A stretch of DNA of 64,000 nt. It comes from a virus. The stretch lies in IMG/VR virus record IMGVR_UViG_3300030419_005456, positions 32,001 to 96,000 of that record; one strand, given 5' to 3'. The notes under the pieces are model-generated. The model did not search any database. It was not told the origin of the DNA and saw nothing but the letters and a program-made list of their open reading frames with translations. Both the position numbers and the translations under genes were made by a program. Positions 48,871 through 57,592 of the stretch are shown here, piece after piece; the first letter of the stretch is position 1; each line of letters opens with the position of its first letter.

Positions 48871-49261
48871 CGTCTGTGTCTGAATACTTTAGAATTACTA
48901 AGTTAAGAGAATTGAGTTGACACCATTCTTGTTTGTCTCTGTCTCGCTTTTGAGATCTAAAGAAATCAAGTTTGTTCCCGTGGAAGTGTTTTACAAATTC
49001 ATAGTGCTGGCGACCATGAACTTCCACCACAAGCGAGCGAGAAGATAAAAAGAAGTCTGCACGAAGGACATTTCTTACCGATCCGTGGCTAGATCCCGGC
49101 AGGGGAACTTCCTCGTATAATGTATCACGGGGGAATACGTATTGCAAGACTTTTTTTGCTCTTTGGTGCAAATTTGATCTGGATTTATTATCAACACCTC
49201 GAACAAAATATTTTGAAAAATTGAAATTCCTTTCCCTGCCGTCAAATCCGATTACTTTCAT
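48836..49261 (-). CDS. Vsr/DUF559-like endonuclease
   Basis: ADFFL...VVEVHGRQHY, RD..K..WC. Confidence 0.75.
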   Translation of the reverse strand: MKVIGFDGRERNFNFSKYFVRGVDNKSRSNLHQRAKKVLQYVFPRDTLYEEVPLPGSSHGSVRNVLRADFFLSSRSLVVEVHGRQHYEFVKHFHGNKLDFFRSQKRDRDKQEWCQLNSLNLVILKYSDTDDEWKKELAGVL

Positions 49262-50319
49262 TAGCCGTACAACTCTTTATAATATTTGTTTTGCAGGACA
49301 TCCCAAAGGTCGTTGTCAGTAAGATACTGACACAACTTTAGGGAACCTTGTACTTTTACTGGGTTTTCATTTGATTCCTCTAAAAAGCTTAACGTATACC
49401 AAGAACTACTTGCAGGCTTATCAAGGATGGTAGGAATCTCTGAGCATTTTTCTATAATTTCTTGTTTCCAGTCTAGTCCAATTCCATACCTAAGATAGCT
49501 AACCACTTCGGTGTTGGGAAATCCTCCAGACGCAGATGTTACTATTTTCCAATGTATCTTTTGCCCTACTTGCTTTTCTTGTTCGTCCCAAGGCTGAGTG
49601 TAAGCTATCTCCATAATATAATCGCATTGATAGCGAATCTTACGTCCACCATCTACCATCTTGCTCTTTCTGCTAGGACTAGTGTCTGCTATCATATGGT
49701 TGATAAAAATAACTATAGCTCTTTGTGCAGGAACAACTTGGCAGATCTTGCTGGTAAACAAGCCCATGATTCTTGGAACGCCAGCCCTAAATCCACTCTT
49801 GTCAAATTTGTAGTCCAACTCATCTCTGGTGGCCAAAGCTGATACCGAGTCGATGATTATTACAGCGTTCGGAACGGCATCAAGCACGTCTTCTACAGAG
49901 TTAACTACATCCTCTGCTGGCCAACCTTTGGCTTTTTTATAGACGGTTAACTTTTCTCTGTCTAATCCTTCAATTCCATCGAGCGCGTTAGTTCCAAATC
50001 TACCCTCAACGTCATAATAGTATATAGGTCTAGAGCCATATTCTTCTTTTTGACAGTTAGCTGCAAATTGAACAGCCGTGGTGGTTTTTCCAGATTTAGG
50101 GTCACCAGCCATTTGTACAAATGACCCCTCTCTAATTCCGCCACCAAGACCCAAATCCAACGAAGGGCTTACAGGAATAACCTGTCTATTAGTAACGTCT
50201 TCAAACAGAGCTTCCCCAGTCCAAGCTTGAATACCGTAGCGTTTTTCTTGAGACTGATTGACTTGCCCCTGAGAAACAGCCGTGATTACATTTCCTTCTT
50301 TTGCTTTTTTCTTAGCCAT
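49261..50319 (-). CDS. recA: RecA/UvsX-like recombinase
   Basis: SPSLDLGLGGG, GDPKSGKTT, DVEG, IIDSVSAL, FINH, GGRKI. Confidence 0.88.
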   Translation of the reverse strand: MAKKKAKEGNVITAVSQGQVNQSQEKRYGIQAWTGEALFEDVTNRQVIPVSPSLDLGLGGGIREGSFVQMAGDPKSGKTTTAVQFAANCQKEEYGSRPIYYYDVEGRFGTNALDGIEGLDREKLTVYKKAKGWPAEDVVNSVEDVLDAVPNAVIIIDSVSALATRDELDYKFDKSGFRAGVPRIMGLFTSKICQVVPAQRAIVIFINHMIADTSPSRKSKMVDGGRKIRYQCDYIMEIAYTQPWDEQEKQVGQKIHWKIVTSASGGFPNTEVVSYLRYGIGLDWKQEIIEKCSEIPTILDKPASSSWYTLSFLEESNENPVKVQGSLKLCQYLTDNDLWDVLQNKYYKELYG

Positions 50320-50716
50320 CTAATTTCCTAATAAAGCTTTTCTGTCCATAGGGTTTGGATGGACGAGACTGAGTATGGTCTTCATAGTGAGAACCTTTTA
50401 TGTCAATCTTATCCAACTTGTTCTGTTCTTTTTGAATGAGTTTTTCAAGCGTCTTAACTCTGAGAGAATAAATAGACTTACCCTGATAAGAGTTCAGGGC
50501 GTTTATGATCGCTTTGTCTTGGTATTTTTTTAACAACTGATATGCTTTTGTAACTTGGCTTTGAAATTTCTTTTGCCATTTCTTTGTGTTCCACAGAGCA
50601 TAAGCAGGTCTACCGACATTTTCTTTTTCTGCTTCTCTAAGGCATACCAATTCAGCTATGTACTGAGCGGCATTACACTCCTGTCCCGTTGTCTTGTGTT
50701 TGTAACCCTTGTTCAT
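50312..50716 (-). CDS. Basic hypothetical protein
   Basis: Coupled ORF in the operon. Confidence 0.6.
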   Translation of the reverse strand: MNKGYKHKTTGQECNAAQYIAELVCLREAEKENVGRPAYALWNTKKWQKKFQSQVTKAYQLLKKYQDKAIINALNSYQGKSIYSLRVKTLEKLIQKEQNKLDKIDIKGSHYEDHTQSRPSKPYGQKSFIRKLDG

Positions 50717-51155
50717 TCAATACTCCATTCTTTGTTATCAAATATTCTAGAGATTCACTAATGTTTCTCTCTTCAATAGCTTCCGGTATAACTTCAGGCA
50801 TTCTCCATTTGCGGGCATAAAGTTTTCCTTCGCTGAGTCTACCAACAACAAAAGAATGTACTGTTTCATCCCCAAAAAGAAAAGCACCCGCAGCTTTACA
50901 GAAAAAATATCCGTCATCCCCTTCACCAACAGTTTCTAGGTGAGAACGGTTTTTGAAGCTCATTTTTGTGATGTGCAAGTCGTTGGCATCACAGTATATT
51001 TTCAATCTTTCCCACGCGCTTGGAGGGGTGATTCCCGGTCTGCCGTCATCTTGATAGACCGTTTCTCCATTAGATAGCTCTACTATCCACATAGGGTTAG
51101 TATCGCCGTACACGTTTACGTAAGAATCCAGTTGTCTAGAAACAAATGCGTTCAT
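50673..51155 (-). CDS. Hypothetical protein
   Basis: Coupled ORF (LSNGETVYQDDGRPG...SAWERLK). Confidence 0.6.
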   Translation of the reverse strand: MNAFVSRQLDSYVNVYGDTNPMWIVELSNGETVYQDDGRPGITPPSAWERLKIYCDANDLHITKMSFKNRSHLETVGEGDDGYFFCKAAGAFLFGDETVHSFVVGRLSEGKLYARKWRMPEVIPEAIEERNISESLEYLITKNGVLNEQGLQTQDNGTGV

Positions 51156-51475
51156 TTTTCTTTGTTGATTATATATATAGAATTTTTGTGGGTTGCGCTT
51201 AAGTTTATTCTATCTGATCGAGTTTCATCGGCGGCCTGAGAAGCGTTGGGGGTCATTATAGTCACCCCTCTATCTTCCCTCCTTGCCATAAGATCGCCAA
51301 CGGGTGAACCTTTTTCTTCAGGTTCGTCGTCTCTACCAAGCTCTTCAGATATGTACTTTTTAACACAGTTTACCGTCCTGTTAAGATCTGTCGCTATATC
51401 AGCGGCTGCTCTGTCAGGATTGTTTTCTATATAAAACTTTTCAACCTTATTAAGCTTTCCTGTTTTTTTAGCCAT
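51152..51475 (-). CDS. Hypothetical protein with an HTH-like N-terminus
   Basis: AADIATDLNRTVNCVKKY. Confidence 0.55.
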   Translation of the reverse strand: MAKKTGKLNKVEKFYIENNPDRAAADIATDLNRTVNCVKKYISEELGRDDEPEEKGSPVGDLMARREDRGVTIMTPNASQAADETRSDRINLSATHKNSIYIINKEK

Positions 51476-51791
51476 CCAAACATTTCCTTTCTGCTCTTAA
51501 AAACATTTCCCGTTTACTTGTCTTTAAGTATTCAGTGTACAAATCAAAAGTGTCTTTTGATACTTTTCTGTAATCGGTTTGTACTGAGTTTATTTTATTT
51601 GCGTCTGCGCCTTTAGGATCAAACAGTCTAGACCTAAAAAATTTAATATAATATTGTTCAGAATTATCTAGGCTGATTTCGTAAGCGCAAGAGTTGAGAC
51701 CCTCTTCTTCAGCGGTAGTCCCGTCTGTTTGCAAATAGGTACGTTCTCTCTTTGGTTCTTTAACAAAGTCTTCGGCTGTCGGTGAAATCAT
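51468..51791 (-). CDS. Hypothetical protein
   Basis: Coupled ORF. Confidence 0.6.
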   Translation of the reverse strand: MISPTAEDFVKEPKRERTYLQTDGTTAEEEGLNSCAYEISLDNSEQYYIKFFRSRLFDPKGADANKINSVQTDYRKVSKDTFDLYTEYLKTSKREMFLRAERKCLDG

Positions 51792-52102
51792 TCTTTGTCC
51801 ATTTCTATAATCATTGTTCCATCTTCTTCATACATGGCTGACACTACGTCTCTTGATTTTATTGTAGAGTGAAAGTACTGACCAGTCAATGTATGAGTCC
51901 AGCTTTCACCCCGTTCGCCATCATTACATCTTTTATTTATGCACCTAACCTTGACCTTATGGGAGTCCCCAGTATCACGAACTTTTAGCATATTAAGTAG
52001 AGGTCTACCGCAATCTGCACAAGAAATCAGGGTCACTCCCATATCAACGGCTGGGGCTAACTCTTCTTCTTCATTTTCAAGATCTTGTATTTCTTCATTC
52101 AT
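51788..52102 (-). CDS. Zn-binding hypothetical protein
   Basis: CADC...CINKRC. Confidence 0.55.
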   Translation of the reverse strand: MNEEIQDLENEEEELAPAVDMGVTLISCADCGRPLLNMLKVRDTGDSHKVKVRCINKRCNDGERGESWTHTLTGQYFHSTIKSRDVVSAMYEEDGTMIIEMDKE

Positions 52103-52106
52103 TATA

Positions 52107-52550
52107 TTACCACATTTTGCAAGACCAATATCTTGCCTTCCATTTAGGGCCGGGGTTATCGCAATTATGTCTAGCTCTAAAACTCTTGCGTCTTGCCGGA
52201 TCGTTTTTCTTAATTTTCATATTAGGATCTCCGAAGTTAACTTTAACTACGTTACCCTTTTCATTTTTAACATATACAGAACGCTTCTTTGGCCCGTCAG
52301 GAGTCAAGAAAGGTTTGTTAAGTGTTACCTTTCTTCCTTGATACTCGGCGGCTTCAGCGTATTCTGTCCATTCTTCATTCCAGTTGTCTTCTAAAGAGCC
52401 TTTGCTAGAGCCGATTTTGCGACAGCTTCCGGGTTCGCCCTTTCTGGTGTTAGGAACTCTTTCGTAACCCTTCCAGCAAGCGCCCGTTTTTGGATCGCTA
52501 GTCGTAGCGTCTTGAGAATATTGGTTCATTGCGTCTATATATTTTTTCAT
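52107..52550 (-). CDS. Conserved viral basic protein (NFGDPNM...RKSFRARHNC...ARYWSC family)
   Basis: Motif I recognise from marine phage and giant-virus hypotheticals; N-terminal CWKGY...GSC minimotif. Confidence 0.7.
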   Translation of the reverse strand: MKKYIDAMNQYSQDATTSDPKTGACWKGYERVPNTRKGEPGSCRKIGSSKGSLEDNWNEEWTEYAEAAEYQGRKVTLNKPFLTPDGPKKRSVYVKNEKGNVVKVNFGDPNMKIKKNDPARRKSFRARHNCDNPGPKWKARYWSCKMW

Positions 52551-52900
52551 TTTTTACCCTCCCTTATGTATCTTTGCTTTTGTTGTGGACTCATTTTTTG
52601 AATTTCCTTTGGAGTAGCGTCTCCCGCTTTCTCTTTCCACGTTTTCTTCTTTAAATTTCCCTTGGCTTGCTGTTCTCTTCTTTTGCTTAGTTCATAGCTT
52701 CCCATTTTTTTGGTGTTGTTTTCTGCTAATTGACCTAAAGTTTTTGCCTCCCCCTTCACGAAAACTAGGGGCGGGTTGTCGTAGACTTGTTGGAGATCTC
52801 GCTTTCCACACTTTGTGCATGGTTCTGGCTGTTCGTGAAATCTGTGGAACGTTTCAAAAACGTGTCCGCAGGCATTACAGGAGTAATCGTAGGTTGGAAT
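52547..52900 (-). CDS. FmdB-family Zn-ribbon protein with an apparent ATT start (117 aa)
   Basis: Extending the track's 70-aa ORF upstream gives (I)PTYDYSCNACGHVFE...CTKCG; GGAG 8 nt before the ATT; in-frame TAA 10 codons upstream. Confidence 0.75.
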   Translation of the reverse strand: MPTYDYSCNACGHVFETFHRFHEQPEPCTKCGKRDLQQVYDNPPLVFVKGEAKTLGQLAENNTKKMGSYELSKRREQQAKGNLKKKTWKEKAGDATPKEIQKMSPQQKQRYIREGKK

Positions 52901-53268
52901 TTTAATAGCTCCGTTTCTCTTTGTTTTTTATATTTTTCGGCTTTTTGCAGAGAAGATGTTCCCGCTGCGTTTAGATACCACAAAAGCCAAAACTGAAAGG
53001 CAGCAACGCCTAGTATGGCATACCAAGCCAGCTTTCTTTTGTAATTATATAATATCGTTAAAACACCCAAAACGACAACAAGACCCATAACTTTACAAAG
53101 CATAAAAAGTGCTACCTGACCGTCCGAAGCCCTTATCAAGTATCTACCAATAGGGTTAACTTCTGTGTCAATCAGAACATCCTGTAAAACTATAGACCAG
53201 TAAACGTCTATGGCGGAAATAAAACCTATGCTAATCCACAAAAAACCATATATTATTCTCTTAATCAT
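52765..53268 (-). CDS. Three-TM membrane protein (DUF5658-like)
   Basis: Hydrophobic helices and EVNPI motif; start MIKRII overlaps the phoH stop. Confidence 0.65.
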   Translation of the reverse strand: MIKRIIYGFLWISIGFISAIDVYWSIVLQDVLIDTEVNPIGRYLIRASDGQVALFMLCKVMGLVVVLGVLTILYNYKRKLAWYAILGVAAFQFWLLWYLNAAGTSSLQKAEKYKKQRETELLKFQPTITPVMPADTFLKRSTDFTNSQNHAQSVESEISNKSTTTRP

Positions 53269-53935
53269 CTGACAATCTAGATAGTATTCTGGCGATGACA
53301 TCGTTTCTAATAATATCATCTGTCGTAAGTTCACAAATTCCTACGCCTTCCACGTCTTCTAATCTGTCCAAACAATTTTCAAGTCCTCCCCTAAGATTAT
53401 AGGGCAAATCGCTTTGATCAATATCGCCGTTTATTACGGCTTTTGAGTTCCTTCCAATTCTAGTGAGAAACATTTTTATTTGTTCGTAGGTACAGTTTTG
53501 TGCTTCGTCTAATATCATGAAGGCATTATGAAAATTTCTTCCCCTCATGTATTCCAAAGGACACACCTCAATCAAGTTCATAGTGCGAAGAGAATTAACC
53601 TTGTCTGGCAAAAGGTATTGATTTAGCTCTTCTAGTACTGGCACTAAATACGGATGTATTTTTTCTGTAAAAGTTCCGGGCAGGTAGCCTAAACCCCTGC
53701 CAGATTCAACGACAGGTCTTGTGACTATAATCTTGTCTATTTTTTTATCTAAAATATGCTCAGAAGCTAACCCTACGGCAACTGCTGTTTTTCCAGTTCC
53801 CGCTGGACCGATACATAATGTAACATCTTCTTCAGCCATTGTTCTGATATAATCTGCTTGATTATCTGTTTTTGGCTTTAGTGGTTTTCGTTTTCTTGTG
53901 TTTTGGTTTTGTTTTCTTTGTTTGCGTCTTGTCAT
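53261..53935 (-). CDS. phoH: PhoH family ATPase
   Basis: GPAGTGKT, TRPVVE, LGYLPG, YMRGR, LDEAQN, GDIDQSD. Confidence 0.95.
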   Translation of the reverse strand: MTRRKQRKQNQNTRKRKPLKPKTDNQADYIRTMAEEDVTLCIGPAGTGKTAVAVGLASEHILDKKIDKIIVTRPVVESGRGLGYLPGTFTEKIHPYLVPVLEELNQYLLPDKVNSLRTMNLIEVCPLEYMRGRNFHNAFMILDEAQNCTYEQIKMFLTRIGRNSKAVINGDIDQSDLPYNLRGGLENCLDRLEDVEGVGICELTTDDIIRNDVIARILSRLSDD

Positions 53936-53938
53936 GTA

Positions 53939-54409
53939 TTATTTGCCCGACGAACCAAAACCTCCAGAACCTCTGGCTGTGGAGGATAGTTCTTGTATTT
54001 CTTCTAGTCTAAATAAAGGAACTTCTTGAAGGAGGATTTGCGCTATGCGATCCCCCTGAGAAACGATAAATCCTGAGCCTGATTTTTTTGTGTTGTGAAG
54101 GCAAACTTTAACCTCACCTCTATAGCCAGAATCTATAACTCCAGCATGTCTATGAACGCCTTTGACGCCAAGAGAAGATCTATCCCAAATTAATCCAACG
54201 TAGCCATCTGGTATTTCTAGTGAAATTCCGGTACTAATTAAGGTTATGTCTCCGGGCAATAGTTCTACATGCTGATCTGCATATATGTCCCAACCCGCAT
54301 CGGTTAAGTTTGCTTTAGTTGGAATGATAGCTGTTTCTGTTAATCTTTTTACCCCAAACTTCAAGTACTCTCCGTACTTATTGTATTTCCGTGGTGGTGT
54401 TATTGCCAT
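53939..54409 (-). CDS. dut: Trimeric dUTPase
   Basis: AGWD, RSSLG, GVIDSGYRGE, DRIAQ, RGSGGFGSSG. Confidence 0.95.
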   Translation of the reverse strand: MAITPPRKYNKYGEYLKFGVKRLTETAIIPTKANLTDAGWDIYADQHVELLPGDITLISTGISLEIPDGYVGLIWDRSSLGVKGVHRHAGVIDSGYRGEVKVCLHNTKKSGSGFIVSQGDRIAQILLQEVPLFRLEEIQELSSTARGSGGFGSSGK

Positions 54410-54422
54410 GGTATTATTTTCC

Positions 54423-56618
54423 TTAGACTAATTCACATGCTCCTCCAGAACAAGCCCATTCCTGTTCGGGCTTGACATTATCCTGTTCTTCTATAACGTC
54501 TGTATAATTTACCTCTTTATACTCTCGTTTTAAATCCACCCATTCTTTCCAGTTGTACACATCTTTCATGCAATATGTCAACTTTTTCATATCTCCTTCC
54601 ATATATTTATCTGCAAACTTTGCGCATCTCTTCATCCAGTTTCTCTTGGCTCCACCTCTGACTGACTTGCCAATACCAAGAAGTGAGTCGCAAGCAGCCC
54701 AAAGGTTATCTTCCCATAGGTCTAGGGCAACTTCTATGAGTCCGCTAACCCATAGTGAAGCGTCACCGTAATGAGCAACCTGTTCGCTTGGTAGATATAT
54801 GGTAGTAAATGGGGCTTGTGGATAATCCTTATCTCCAGTTACTGGCAGTAAAGAAATTCCACAAAAGTATTCTCTGTTCTTGTATATAAACTCTTCGACT
54901 TCATCCCATTCGTCTGGCTTTACGTTTATAGTGTTTGAAACATTGTGATTTAACCACGGCTTGGTACACAAGGAGTCGGTCTTACCTATCATAACCCAAT
55001 TCTGCTGTGTGCTTCTCACGTATTCCAACAGATCTATAGCACCTATTTGATTTTTAGTCTTTGACCCCGCTGGAACTTCTATGCAAAAAGATACTACTTC
55101 ATCACTATCATTTGCAGACCAAACAGACTCTTCACAAGCTGTAGGGTTTATTGTTTTAAAGTGCTGGTAAATGTCTTCCATCTTATTGGCTTGTACACGC
55201 CGTATATATCGTTTGGCGTGGTGGGGATGTATCCCACTACTAGTGCCAAGAACGCAACTGGAAGTACCTTCCGGTTTAATACAGGTAGCCCTAGCCGCTG
55301 GATTAATTCCAATTTCTTTCGCTAGTTCTTTATTAACCTTTTTTACCAGTCTAGCACCTTTCTTTTGGATGGCTGGATTTAAGCAAATTTCGTGACTTTC
55401 CATCATGCCTGTCATCGACACGCCAAGAAGAGATTCTCTCTTCAAGATGCGTTCGCTCACCTCGCCCAAATAAGGAAGCTCTATAAAACCAGCCTGTAAG
55501 GTTCCGATGATAGCTGCTGCTCGGCAAGACTCATAAAAGTCTTCTTCTGTTTTTATTTTAGCGCAATTAATGGTGCTGAGATTACACGCCTGCCAGCCTG
55601 ATTCTCCGGTTTTTACATCAACCGGATACATGCCAATTTCAACACAGGGATTTACTATAAGATCTCTATGATCTGACCAGACAAATCCCGGCTCTCCAAA
55701 TTCACGAACGGATTGCATTAACTCGTGGAATTTTTTAGCGGAGGTTTTATTCCGAATGAGAAGTGCTGAGTTGTTAGACCTTCCTCTTTGCGGGTTTTCG
55801 TGAAACCAGTTGCCGGTTTTAGCCTTGGCCATATCCTCGTCGTCAGGAGAAAACAAGCATATCGTTGCTGAACGTCTAACACCACCAGATATAACGGCGT
55901 CGGCGGCATGCATAATTATATCGTATGCTTCGATTGGGTTTAGTTTTCTTAGTTCTTGAGAGCAAAAATCTGCGTTTTTAATAGCCTTTTCTAATATCTT
56001 TCTTATATTTGTTAAGGCTTTTTTTAGGGGTTCTGGGCCGGGAGCTTTACCAGCACTAGAACTTAAATAAGATCCTGCGGGTCTAATTTTAGAAAAATCA
56101 AACTGAACACTTTTACCTGTGTATTCTGGAAAAAGTTCTTCTTGCTCAAAGTAGCTAGAAATCAAGACGCCAACAGCGTCCGACCAACCTTCTATACTGT
56201 CTTCAACAACAAACTTTTTGTTAGTTCTTTTTGTTCCTTTTATAAAGTATGGAAGTTTAGCGATATGGTGTTTCTGAACAGAAAAGCCAGTGCCACAACC
56301 ACACAGTAGAAGATACATGCACTCTTGAAAAAATCTAAGTCGATCACAATAAGAAGAAATGCAGTTATAGATTCTTGCATTATGTTTTAAGATTGGCTTG
56401 CCGCCAAACTGAAGCGCTCTTTGAGAACCCAGAATACGCTTCTTGTACATCATGTCATAAGCCCATGCTATATCACCGTTCTGATCGGGATATTTTTCGT
56501 GCATCATATTCATAACACGATCTACAGATTCACGCCATGTTTCTCTCCTTTTTTTCTCTGGAATCCATCTTGCGTATTTAGAAACAAAAGCGTAGTTCTG
56601 TAGTTCACTGGCTGACAT
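54423..56618 (-). CDS. nrdJ: Class II (adenosylcobalamin-dependent) ribonucleotide reductase, monomeric RTPR type
   Basis: YNC, GGVRRSA, GEPG, NPCVEI, CNL, KPEGT, C-terminal CSGGAC; no ATP cone and no small-subunit gene nearby. Confidence 0.88.
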   Translation of the reverse strand: MSASELQNYAFVSKYARWIPEKKRRETWRESVDRVMNMMHEKYPDQNGDIAWAYDMMYKKRILGSQRALQFGGKPILKHNARIYNCISSYCDRLRFFQECMYLLLCGCGTGFSVQKHHIAKLPYFIKGTKRTNKKFVVEDSIEGWSDAVGVLISSYFEQEELFPEYTGKSVQFDFSKIRPAGSYLSSSAGKAPGPEPLKKALTNIRKILEKAIKNADFCSQELRKLNPIEAYDIIMHAADAVISGGVRRSATICLFSPDDEDMAKAKTGNWFHENPQRGRSNNSALLIRNKTSAKKFHELMQSVREFGEPGFVWSDHRDLIVNPCVEIGMYPVDVKTGESGWQACNLSTINCAKIKTEEDFYESCRAAAIIGTLQAGFIELPYLGEVSERILKRESLLGVSMTGMMESHEICLNPAIQKKGARLVKKVNKELAKEIGINPAARATCIKPEGTSSCVLGTSSGIHPHHAKRYIRRVQANKMEDIYQHFKTINPTACEESVWSANDSDEVVSFCIEVPAGSKTKNQIGAIDLLEYVRSTQQNWVMIGKTDSLCTKPWLNHNVSNTINVKPDEWDEVEEFIYKNREYFCGISLLPVTGDKDYPQAPFTTIYLPSEQVAHYGDASLWVSGLIEVALDLWEDNLWAACDSLLGIGKSVRGGAKRNWMKRCAKFADKYMEGDMKKLTYCMKDVYNWKEWVDLKREYKEVNYTDVIEEQDNVKPEQEWACSGGACELV

Positions 56619-56640
56619 TCATGTTGATCCGTCTGTTAGA

Positions 56641-56676
56641 TATAATAGAAAATCCGCAAGCCAAGGCGTGCGGATT
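56641..56676 (-). terminator. Terminator-like hairpin in the nrdJ leader
   Basis: AATCCGCA / TGCGGATT stem followed by TTCTATT, ending about 25-30 nt before the nrdJ ATG. Confidence 0.55.
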
Positions 56677-56685
56677 GGTTTGTTT

Positions 56686-56848
56686 TATTAAGAGCGACAC
56701 GGGGTTAATTCAAGCATTTTGTTACAGTGGGGTTTGATGTTTTATTTACTTAGGATACATGGTTGAACTAAAATACTTGAAGCGTTTGCGTGTCGAGGGA
56801 GTGTCGCCCCAGCCCTAGTCGTGTACTGCTCTTTAATCCCCGACAAAC
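56686..56848 (-). ncRNA. Candidate structured leader RNA / small RNA upstream of nrdJ
   Basis: Nested helices AAGAGC/GCTCTT, CGACACG/CGTGTCG and TTCAAGTATTTT/AAAATGCTTGAA in a 240-nt gap of an otherwise almost gap-free region. Confidence 0.55.
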
Positions 56849-56859
56849 TATTATACACC
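56849..56859 (-). promoter_or_regulatory. Putative phage promoter GGTGTATAATA
   Basis: Identical to 8200-8210; immediately 5' of the structured leader. Confidence 0.55.
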
Positions 56860-57350
56860 TAAAATAGTATGCCTTGCTCTTCTTTATTTTTTTTGTCTTT
56901 TATGTTTTTTAGGTAAGACAGGTCGGGTAGCATTGTTATAATCTCTAACCCGTTTTCTACGAGATGATTGTAGACAATTTGATCGTCAATATTGCGACCG
57001 TGAACCACACTGTCTATTGGTACATACCATGTTCTGATGTTGTTTTGCCAAAGAAGTTTGGCGCACCTGTGACAAGGCATGTGTGTTATATAGGCTACCG
57101 CTGAAGGGGGGTGGATTACCATATTGCTTATGGCGTTTTCTTCAGCGTGTACCATATAAGGGTATTTATGAGGTCTCTTACTGGGTAAAGAGTCATCGTC
57201 TACCCCAGAGCAAAAACCGTTGTAGCCTATTGATATGACTTTTTTATCAGAAACTAATACGCAGCCCACTTTGGTTTGGGCGTCGTGGCTTCGAGAGGAG
57301 GCTAGATAAGCAAACCCCATAAAATAATCATGCCAAGTCGGTTTTTCCAT
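56859..57350 (-). CDS. dCMP deaminase
   Basis: KVGCVLV, GYNG, HAEENA, THMPCHRC. Confidence 0.9.
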   Translation of the reverse strand: MEKPTWHDYFMGFAYLASSRSHDAQTKVGCVLVSDKKVISIGYNGFCSGVDDDSLPSKRPHKYPYMVHAEENAISNMVIHPPSAVAYITHMPCHRCAKLLWQNNIRTWYVPIDSVVHGRNIDDQIVYNHLVENGLEIITMLPDLSYLKNIKDKKNKEEQGILF

Positions 57351-57432
57351 CGCGTCTTTTCGTCCTTGATCGACGTTGTTTCTTTAGTCGTTTCTTGTCT
57401 CTTTTACTTTTTCTTCTTATCGTTCTTCCCAT
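57328..57432 (-). CDS. 34-aa highly basic peptide (not in the ORF track)
   Basis: MGRTIRRKSKRDKKRLKKQRRSRTKRRDGKTDLA; fills the gap and overlaps both neighbours. Confidence 0.45.
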   Translation of the reverse strand: MGRTIRRKSKRDKKRLKKQRRSRTKRRDGKTDLA

Positions 57433-57592
57433 TTTTAAATTCAGGATGCACCCAAGCCCAAGTGCCGCCTCTGGACAGAGCTACTAGTTTACGAAAGTTT
57501 TGAATCTGCGGCAAGACCCAAGCTGAAGTTTTTTCGTCAATCTCGAAAAGTTCACAGCCTTTTTCTTCGAGAGTTTTAATGTCCGGTTGCAT
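57404..57592 (-). CDS. Small hypothetical protein
   Basis: GGAGG RBS; 62 aa. Confidence 0.55.
   Translation of the reverse strand: MQPDIKTLEEKGCELFEIDEKTSAWVLPQIQNFRKLVALSRGGTWAWVHPEFKNGKNDKKKK

Noticed and set aside
52898-52935. Programmed -1 frameshift fusing the membrane ORF to the FmdB-like ORF
   Set aside because: No canonical X XXY YYZ slippery site after the in-frame TAA, and a well-spaced GGAG supports independent initiation.
56619-56859. Canonical cobalamin riboswitch or NrdR boxes upstream of nrdJ
   Set aside because: I could not find the conserved cobalamin-box segments or a convincing NrdR palindrome pair, so it is kept only as an unassigned structured RNA.
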